A stretch of 64,000 bases of DNA from the IMG/VR virus record IMGVR_UViG_2851955134_000009; one strand, given 5' to 3'. Origin of the DNA: a virus. Its lineage: Duplodnaviria; Heunggongvirae; Uroviricota; Caudoviricetes. The position numbers and the translations under genes are program-made. Below, piece by piece: positions 57,753 through 64,000 of the stretch. The notes below the pieces were generated by a model, which ran no database searches, was not told the DNA's origin, and worked only from the letters and a program-made list of their open reading frames with translations. How positions within the stretch are numbered: position 1 is the stretch's first letter; every line of letters begins with the position of its first letter.

Positions 57753-58385
57753 ATGTTTGACGTTTCGTTGTTAAATCTGCCATGGGCAACACTGGTGACC
57801 CTGACCAGTGGCTATATTGGGTATTTTATTGCGAATGTGGGACTGAAGGATCACCACAAGCCCATTGAGGTGACTTTTTCTTCGCTGATTTTTGGCCTGA
57901 CAGCAATGATGGCTTACCAGGCTGTTATGTGGGCAGGTCTGAATGCCTGGCTGGCAACACCACCAGCACTTCTGTGTGCCGTTACATGCGGTGCGTGGTG
58001 GCGCAGGTACGGTCGCAAATGGATGTACAGATTACTGTGGAATAATGATATTTCATGGTCTGACGATACCAGCTCAGCATGGCAGGCAATGTTTGATCAA
58101 ACAGGCTTCAGCGTTACCGAGGTCAGAGTGATTCTTCGCGATGGTTCCGGTATGATGTCACGGCTGCCAGGGAACTTTGAAGAGTGGCCTAACGGTCCGT
58201 TTACCCTGGGGAATAAAGGCGATATGGTTCTTTACGTCACGCACAGCAGCCCTTCAGGCAGTAACGAATGGGAAGAGTATAAAGGCGTGGTTGATAAGTA
58301 CTGGGGAGCTCTGGCAACCTATATTCCAGCAGATCAGATTGCCAGAGTGGAGATCAGGCGCGTTCGTGCAACGAACGATGAATGA
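57753..58385 (+). CDS. Membrane protein moron at the element left end
   Basis: ATG at 57753 with GGGAG RBS; 210 aa; 3 predicted TM helices at N-terminus; separated from early operon by a strong terminator. Confidence 0.6.
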   Translation: MFDVSLLNLPWATLVTLTSGYIGYFIANVGLKDHHKPIEVTFSSLIFGLTAMMAYQAVMWAGLNAWLATPPALLCAVTCGAWWRRYGRKWMYRLLWNNDISWSDDTSSAWQAMFDQTGFSVTEVRVILRDGSGMMSRLPGNFEEWPNGPFTLGNKGDMVLYVTHSSPSGSNEWEEYKGVVDKYWGALATYIPADQIARVEIRRVRATNDE

Positions 58386-58689
58386 TGTTTATTTTTTCCC
58401 TGGGGCAGGGGCTGCCGGCATAGTGGTTTTATTGGCAGAGGAAGACGATTCTCCTTTTCTACCGGAATCGCGCTCGAACGTCACGATGTGCTTGCTTTTG
58501 GGCTTTTCTGAGTAATCCAGGCTATCATGCTTATTGTTTTGAGTAGTCATTGGAATCATCCTTTTTGTTGCGGGTCATGTTTCAGCAAACTCGATTCTAA
58601 GTTGCCAGGAAGGATGATTTCAATGCCCGACTTATCTATCGTATAGCGGAAAAGAATTTCAGTTCTGTTCACCAGAACCCATGTTAACC

Positions 58690-58746
58690 CACTCCAATTC
58701 GTTATTTATCTCACGGATCCCCCTTCATTTATCTCATGTCTGATCA
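58690..58746. repeat. Left-end terminal repeat region (transposase binding sites)
   Basis: Reverse complement reads TGATCAGACATGAGATAAATGA...GTGAGATAAATAA, same motif spacing as the right end. Confidence 0.7.
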
Positions 58747-58771
58747 ATTATTGCGTGTCAGGAGCGAAACA

Positions 58772-59203
58772 GTGAACAAACCACAATCCCTGCGCCACGC
58801 CCTCAATAAAGCGGTGCCTTATGTCCGCAATAACCCGGACAAACTGCATCTGTTTGTGGATAACGGTTCGCTGGTTGCCACGGGGGCCAGCTCCATGTCA
58901 TGGGAGTACCGCTACACCCTGAACGTGGTGATTGAGGATTTCAGCGGCGACCAGAATCTGCTGATGGCCCCGGTTTTGCTGTGGCTGCGTGATAACCAGC
59001 CCGATGCCATCAATAACCCGGCGTTACGGGAAAAGCTATTCACCTTTGAGGTGGATATTCTGCGCAACGATGTCTGTGATATCAGCCTCAACCTGCAACT
59101 GACGGAGCGTGTGCTGGTCAGCACTGACGGCAGTGTGTCGAGCGTTGAAGCTATAGCGGAACCTGATGAACCTGAAGAAATGTGGACGGTGAAACGTGGC
59201 TGA
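58772..59203 (+). CDS. R: Tail completion protein (P2 gpR-like)
   Basis: GTG at 58772 with AGGAG RBS; the track start at 58736 lies inside the Mu-like end and is probably not native. Confidence 0.75.
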   Translation: MNKPQSLRHALNKAVPYVRNNPDKLHLFVDNGSLVATGASSMSWEYRYTLNVVIEDFSGDQNLLMAPVLLWLRDNQPDAINNPALREKLFTFEVDILRNDVCDISLNLQLTERVLVSTDGSVSSVEAIAEPDEPEEMWTVKRG

Positions 59204-59642
59204 ACTGCAGAAAGTGGACGACTGGCTGAGTGCCTTGCTGGCGAATCTGGAGCCAGCCGCAAGAAGCCGCATGATGCGCCAGCTGGCGCAGGAACTACGC
59301 CGGACACAGCAGCAAAATATCAGAATGCAGCGCAATCCAGATGGCAGCAGTTATGAACCGCGACGGGTAACAGCACGCAGTAAAAAAGGCCGTATCAAAC
59401 GTCAGATGTTTGCAAAGCTGCGCACCACAAAATACCTGAAAACTTCCGCCAGCGCCGACTCTGCCAGCGTGCAGTTTGAAGGCAAGGTGCAGCGCATTGC
59501 CCGCGTTCACCATTACGGCCTGCGAGATCGCGTCAGTCGTAAGGGACCGGAGGTGCGTTACGCAGAGCGTCGCCTTCTGGGTGTAAATGATGATGTTGAG
59601 GCAATGACCCGCGACATGATTCTGCAATGGCTGGCGGGGTGA
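59196..59642 (+). CDS. S: Tail completion protein (P2 gpS-like)
   Basis: 148 aa, overlapping R stop. Confidence 0.75.
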   Translation: MAELQKVDDWLSALLANLEPAARSRMMRQLAQELRRTQQQNIRMQRNPDGSSYEPRRVTARSKKGRIKRQMFAKLRTTKYLKTSASADSASVQFEGKVQRIARVHHYGLRDRVSRKGPEVRYAERRLLGVNDDVEAMTRDMILQWLAG

Positions 59643-59710
59643 TCTTTGTATCAGCACTGATACAAGTTGCAGCACTGCCGCCTTTCTTCCCCTGATGGCA
59701 ACCTTTCCCT

Positions 59711-60289
59711 ATGAACGCACAATTAACCGAAATCATGCGCCTTATCACCAACCTGATCCGCACAGGGGTAGTCACCGAAGTGGACAGGGAAAACTGGCTT
59801 TGCCGGGTGAAAACGGGCGAGCTTGAAACCAACTGGATCAGCTGGCTGACGCTGCGTGCCGGGAATGCCCGTACATGGTGGCGACCATCGGAAGGTGAGC
59901 AGGTGGTGCTGCTGAGTCTGGGCGGCAATCTGGAAACCGCCTTTGCGCTGCCCGCTGTCTATTCGAATCAGTTCGCACCACCGTCGACGTCGGCGGACGC
60001 CTGCGTGACAGAACATCCTGACGGTGGCTGGTTTGAATACGAACCCGCCACCGGGCGCTGGTATGTCAGGGGCATCAAATCAATGGTCATTGAGGCTGCT
60101 GACAACATCACCATGAAAACCAGTGAGTTTGTACTGGAGGCTGACCGCACGCGCATTAACAGCGAAGTGGTGATCAATGGTGGCGTTACCCAGGGCGGCG
60201 GAGCGATGAGTTCTAACGGGATCGTGGTTGATGCGCATCAGCATACTGGCGTCCTGAAAGGCGGCGATACAACCGGAGGCCCGGTATGA
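59711..60289 (+). CDS. V: Baseplate spike protein (P2 gpV-like)
   Basis: 192 aa, V-W-J-I order. Confidence 0.8.
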   Translation: MNAQLTEIMRLITNLIRTGVVTEVDRENWLCRVKTGELETNWISWLTLRAGNARTWWRPSEGEQVVLLSLGGNLETAFALPAVYSNQFAPPSTSADACVTEHPDGGWFEYEPATGRWYVRGIKSMVIEAADNITMKTSEFVLEADRTRINSEVVINGGVTQGGGAMSSNGIVVDAHQHTGVLKGGDTTGGPV

Positions 60290-60645
60290 CGCTTTATAGC
60301 GGGATGAACAATACCAGCGGCAAAGTCATTACTGATATTGATCATCTGCGCCAGTCGGTGCGGGACATTCTGCTGACACCGCAGGGTAGCCGTATTGCCC
60401 GCCGGGAATATGGTTCCCTGCTGTCGGCACTGATAGATCAGCCACAAAATCCGGCATTACGCCTGCAGGTCATGTCGGCAGTGTATGTGGCGCTGAGTCG
60501 CTGGGAGCCACGGTTGACGCTGGATTCCATCACCATCAACAGCAATTTTGACGGTTCAATGGTGGTGGAGCTGACCGGGCGGCGGAATAACGGTGTGCCT
60601 GTGTCCCTTTCCGTATCAACAGGAGCAGAGAATGGCAGTGATTGA
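60286..60645 (+). CDS. W: Baseplate wedge protein (P2 gpW-like)
   Basis: 119 aa, ATGA overlap with V. Confidence 0.8.
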   Translation: MTLYSGMNNTSGKVITDIDHLRQSVRDILLTPQGSRIARREYGSLLSALIDQPQNPALRLQVMSAVYVALSRWEPRLTLDSITINSNFDGSMVVELTGRRNNGVPVSLSVSTGAENGSD

Positions 60646-61540
60646 CCTTTCGCAGTTGCCTGCACCGCAGATTGTGGATGTGCCGGACTTTGAGACGCTG
60701 CTTGCCGAACGCAAGGCAGAATTTGTGGCGCTTCATCCGAAAGATGAGCAGGAAGCAGTGATCCGCACGCTGGAACTGGAATCTGAACCCGCCACTAAAT
60801 TGTTGCAGGAGAACGCTTACCGTGAGTTGCTTCTGCGCCAGCGCATTAACGAAGCCGCGCAGGCGGTGATGGTGGCTTACGCGATGGGCGGCGATCTTGA
60901 CCAGCTCGCTGCCAACTACAACGTGACACGCCTGACGGTGACGCCTGCTGATAATGATGCTGTGCCGCCCGTTGCAGCTGTGATGGAAAGCGATGAAGCG
61001 TTGCGCCTGCGTGTGCCTGCAGCCTTTGAAGGGCTTTCTGTTGCGGGGCCAACTGCAGCTTATGAATTTCATGCCCGAAGCGCCGACGGTCGGGTGGCGG
61101 ATGCCAGTGCAACCAGCCCGGCACCTGCAGAGGTGGTGCTGACTGTCCTTAGCCGCGAAGGCGATGGAACTGCAGAAAAAGACCTGCTGGACGTGGTGGA
61201 AAAAGCTCTGAACAGTGAGAACGTCCGCCCGGTGGCTGACCGTCTTACGGTTCGCAGCGCAGAAATCATCCCGTATCGCGTGGAAGCCACCATTTTTCTC
61301 TATCCTGGACCGGAAGCAGAGCCGGTAATGGCAGCGGCAAAAGCCAGCCTGCAGAAGTACATCGCCAGTCAGACGCGTCTTGGTCGGGATATTCGCCGTA
61401 GCGCCATCTTTGCCGCCCTGCATGTTGAGGGGGTGCAGCGTGTGGAGCTGGCTTCTCCTCTGGCGGATGTGGTCCTGAACAAAACACAGGCGGCATCATG
61501 TACGCAGTGGAGCGTAACCAACGGAGGAACGGATGAATAG
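60632..61540 (+). CDS. J: Baseplate protein (P2 gpJ-like)
   Basis: ATG at 60632 with AGGAG RBS (MAVIDLSQLPAPQ...); 302 aa. Confidence 0.8.
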   Translation: MAVIDLSQLPAPQIVDVPDFETLLAERKAEFVALHPKDEQEAVIRTLELESEPATKLLQENAYRELLLRQRINEAAQAVMVAYAMGGDLDQLAANYNVTRLTVTPADNDAVPPVAAVMESDEALRLRVPAAFEGLSVAGPTAAYEFHARSADGRVADASATSPAPAEVVLTVLSREGDGTAEKDLLDVVEKALNSENVRPVADRLTVRSAEIIPYRVEATIFLYPGPEAEPVMAAAKASLQKYIASQTRLGRDIRRSAIFAALHVEGVQRVELASPLADVVLNKTQAASCTQWSVTNGGTDE

Positions 61541-62138
61541 TCTGCTGCCACCGGGTTCAACACCACTGGAGCGCCGACTGGCGCAAACCTGCAGCGGGAT
61601 TTCTGATCTGCAGGTGCCGCTTCGTGATTTGTGGAATCCGGCAACCTGTCCGGTCAGTTTCCTGCCTTATCTCGCCTGGGCGTTCTCTGTGGATCGCTGG
61701 GACGAGGGCTGGACAGAAAGCGTCAAGCGCCAGGTGGTGAAGGATGCTTTTTATATTCATCAGCATAAAGGGACCACCAGTGCCGTGCGGCGGGTGGTGG
61801 AGCCGTTCGGATTCCTGATCCGCATTATTGAGTGGTGGCAGACCGGAGAAACACCGGGCACGTTTCGCCTGGATATCGGCGTGCAGGACCAGGGCATCAC
61901 TGAAGATACCTATCTGGAACTTGAGCGACTGATAAGCGATGCCAAACCATGTAGCCGCCACATGATCGGCATGTCCATCAATCTGCAGACCAGCGGCCCG
62001 CATTGGGTGGGAGCCGCCAGCTATCTTGGCGAAGAAATCACGATCTATCCGTATATCAACGAAACGATTATTTCCGGTGGCACCGCGCATGAAGGCGGGG
62101 CGGTCCATGTTATTGACACAATGAGAGTGAATCCATGA
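61533..62138 (+). CDS. I: Baseplate protein (P2 gpI-like)
   Basis: 201 aa, GGAGG RBS. Confidence 0.8.
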   Translation: MNSLLPPGSTPLERRLAQTCSGISDLQVPLRDLWNPATCPVSFLPYLAWAFSVDRWDEGWTESVKRQVVKDAFYIHQHKGTTSAVRRVVEPFGFLIRIIEWWQTGETPGTFRLDIGVQDQGITEDTYLELERLISDAKPCSRHMIGMSINLQTSGPHWVGAASYLGEEITIYPYINETIISGGTAHEGGAVHVIDTMRVNP

Positions 62139-63493
62139 GCACAAAATTTTATACCCTGCTGACGGATATTGGCGCGGCGAAACTTGCCAGCGCCGCCGCG
62201 CTCGGTGTGCCGCTAAAAATTACCCATATGGCGGTGGGCGATGGCGGTGGAGTATTGCCAACGCCGGACGCAAAGCAGACGGCACTGGTAAATGAGAAAC
62301 GCCGGGCTGCGCTGAATATGCTTTATATCGACCCGCAGAACAGCAGCCAGATTATTGCCGAACAGGTGATCCCTGAAAACGAGGGCGGTTGGTGGATACG
62401 TGAAGTGGGCCTGTTTGATGAGTCAGGGGCATTGATTGCCGTGGGCAACTGCCCGGAAAGCTATAAGCCGCAACTGGCTGAAGGTAGCGGGCGCACTCAG
62501 ACCGTGCGCATGGTGCTGATTACCAGCAGCACGGACAATATCACCCTGAAAATCGACCCTGCTGTAGTGCTGGCAACCCGCAAGTATGTGGATGACAAGG
62601 CACTGGAGCTGAAGGTGTACGCGGATGATCAGATGGCAAAACATCTTGCCGCACCGGACCCGCATTCACAGTACGCGCCAAAAGCCAGCCCGACATTTAC
62701 CGGAACCCCCAAAGCGCCAACGCCAGCGGCGGGGAATAATACCACGCAGGTTGCGACCACTGCGTTTGTACAGGCGGCACTGACGGCCCTTATTAATGGT
62801 GCGCCAGCCACGCTGGACACGCTGAAAGAAATAGCCGCAGCCATTAACAATGATCCGAATTTCAGTACCACCATTAACAATGCGCTGGCACTAAAAGCAC
62901 CGTTGTCGAGTCCGGCACTCACCGGAACGCCAACAGCCCCCACGGCGGCGCAGTCGGTCAACAATACACAGATTGCCACTACGGCTTTTGTGAAATCGGC
63001 GATTGCAGGAATGGTGGGTTCTGCACCTGCTGCACTGGATACACTGAACGAACTGGCGGCGGCACTGGGGAATGATCCGAACTTTGCCACGACAATGCTT
63101 AATGCGCTGGCAGGTAAACAACCGCTGGACAATACGCTTACCAATTTGAGTGGAAAGGATGTAGCTGGTCTTCTCACATACCTTGGTTTAAGAGCAAGCG
63201 GGCAGTACACCGATAATTTGTTATTTACAGGTCCTGATGGTCTTAAGATTCAGGTGTTTCGCCGGACGCTCGCAAATTTGACTACTGTCGGTGTAGTAAA
63301 TTCTGTGCCAGTGACTTTCCCTGTCCCGTTCCCTGTTAATTGCTGGGGCGTTTTTTCTACCAAATTAACATGGGTTCAGATAACTAACTCATGCGAGTGG
63401 GTAAGCAATACAGGATTTACCGCTCAGGTCATGATGAATATTGCTGTAAATACAAACACCTCAGACGCTATGTTTTTAGCTATAGGATATTAA
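62135..63493 (+). CDS. H: Tail fibre protein (P2 gpH-like)
   Basis: 452 aa; conserved N-terminus, repeated TTAFV/NDPNF shaft motifs, low-GC C-terminal domain. Confidence 0.8.
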   Translation: MSTKFYTLLTDIGAAKLASAAALGVPLKITHMAVGDGGGVLPTPDAKQTALVNEKRRAALNMLYIDPQNSSQIIAEQVIPENEGGWWIREVGLFDESGALIAVGNCPESYKPQLAEGSGRTQTVRMVLITSSTDNITLKIDPAVVLATRKYVDDKALELKVYADDQMAKHLAAPDPHSQYAPKASPTFTGTPKAPTPAAGNNTTQVATTAFVQAALTALINGAPATLDTLKEIAAAINNDPNFSTTINNALALKAPLSSPALTGTPTAPTAAQSVNNTQIATTAFVKSAIAGMVGSAPAALDTLNELAAALGNDPNFATTMLNALAGKQPLDNTLTNLSGKDVAGLLTYLGLRASGQYTDNLLFTGPDGLKIQVFRRTLANLTTVGVVNSVPVTFPVPFPVNCWGVFSTKLTWVQITNSCEWVSNTGFTAQVMMNIAVNTNTSDAMFLAIGY

Positions 63494-63494
63494 T

Positions 63495-63935
63495 ATGAAT
63501 CGTTTTGTGTTCAGTCCATCTGAGTCCCGTTTTTATGCCATCGAGTGGCAGGCTGATTATGTTGATAATAATTGTTGGCCACATGATGCCATTAACGTTA
63601 GTGACAGCATTTATTATGAGTTTTCCGGCACTCCCCCTACAGGTAAGCAACTTATAACTTTAAATAACATGCCAGCATGGGGTGATATTCCTCCACCTAC
63701 ACGAGAAGAATTAATTGTCGCTGCTGATGTGGAGAAGCAAAAAAGAATAGATTTAGCCAATGATTACATGAACGGTAAGCAATGGCCTGGTAAAGCAGCT
63801 ATTGGTCGTCTGAAAGGTGAGGAACTGGCACAATATAATTTGTGGCTGGATTATCTGGACGCACTGGAGCTGGTCGATACCGCCAGTGCGCCAGATATTG
63901 AATGGCCTACGCCTCCGGCAGTTCAGGCCAGATGA
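63495..63935 (+). CDS. G: Tail fibre assembly protein (P2 gpG-like)
   Basis: 146 aa; C-terminal ...WLDYLDALELVDTASAPDIEWP typical of fibre assembly chaperones. Confidence 0.75.
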   Translation: MNRFVFSPSESRFYAIEWQADYVDNNCWPHDAINVSDSIYYEFSGTPPTGKQLITLNNMPAWGDIPPPTREELIVAADVEKQKRIDLANDYMNGKQWPGKAAIGRLKGEELAQYNLWLDYLDALELVDTASAPDIEWPTPPAVQAR

Positions 63936-64000
63936 CATCTGGCGCGGTGCTGGTATCAGTTGCCGTCACCGCGTCAATGTAATCCAGTACAGCGTTAAGG
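63907..64000 (-). CDS. Partial convergent tail fibre assembly gene (3' end only, rest outside window)
   Basis: Minus-strand frame encodes ...LNAVLDYIDAVTATDTSTAPDVIWPELPEA-stop, a fibre-assembly-chaperone C-terminus overlapping the end of G. Confidence 0.5.
   Translation of the reverse strand, partial: LNAVLDYIDAVTATDTSTAPDVIWPELPEA

Larger units (their letters stand above)
21152..58746. mobile_element. Mu-like transposable prophage (~37.6 kb) inserted in the P2-like prophage
   Basis: Termini 5'-TGATGCG...CTGATCA-3' with matching repeated GATAAAT motifs; flanked by ATTATT direct repeats; gin, Mu-order tail/head genes, DDE transposase, Gam, GemA, Mor inside. Confidence 0.85.
58747..64000. 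mobile_element. P2/186-family prophage, right segment (tail genes), runs off window
   Basis: P2-order R-S-V-W-J-I-H-G resumes immediately after the ATTATT repeat. Confidence 0.85.

Noticed and set aside
58736-58771. ATG at 58736 as the start of P2 R (as in the ORF track)
   Set aside because: This ATG lies inside the terminal repeat of the inserted Mu-like element; the native start is more likely GTG at 58772 with an AGGAG RBS, although the upstream ATG could be used in this lysogen.
63753-63938. 61-aa minus-strand ORF from the track
   Set aside because: Wrong frame; the adjacent minus-strand frame encoding a fibre-assembly C-terminus (63907..64000) is the plausible gene.
1-64000. tRNA, rRNA or tmRNA genes, including an integration-site tRNA next to int
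   Set aside because: No cloverleaf-like or rRNA-like segment recognised by eye; the integrase stop is at position 1-3, so any attachment-site tRNA lies upstream of the window. A tRNA scan would be needed to be certain.

Overview
The window is a composite of two nested prophages. (1) A P2/186-family prophage occupies 1..21151 and 58747..64000. It carries a tyrosine integrase at the left edge, a 186-type CI/Apl/CII switch, a TraR/DksA-like zinc finger, a Dam-type methylase, replication initiator A and a DinI-like gene, then low-GC cargo, then Q-P / O-N-M-L-X-holin-lysozyme-lysB/lysC, and after an interruption R-S-V-W-J-I-H-G. (2) A ~37.6-kb Mu-like transposable prophage (21152..58746) is inserted into the 3' end of lysC. 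Its ends read 5'-TGAT...ATCA-3', carry matching repeated GATAAAT motifs and are flanked by an ATTATT direct repeat. It encodes a Gin-type invertase with an invertible tail-fibre segment, a complete Mu-order tail, head, terminase and lysis region on the minus strand, and a divergent early region on the plus strand (repressor, Ner-like, DDE transposase, AAA+ partner, Gam, GemA, Mor). The best candidate for an undescribed system is a low-GC, translationally coupled cassette at 10463..13610, lying between a cos-like site and portal gene Q of the P2-like phage: a small membrane protein, two small proteins with no motifs recognisable by eye, and a 634-aa coiled-coil SMC/Rad50-like ABC ATPase with a CxxC...CxxC hook-like motif. 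Other cargo worth follow-up: a membrane-anchored coiled-coil T5orf172-type protein between int and cI, a P-loop protein plus orphan Dam-like methylase next to the Mu-like repressor, and a terminator-insulated membrane moron at the Mu-like left end. No rRNA, tRNA or CRISPR array was seen. All calls rest on reading the ORF translations and the DNA by eye; no database search was run.
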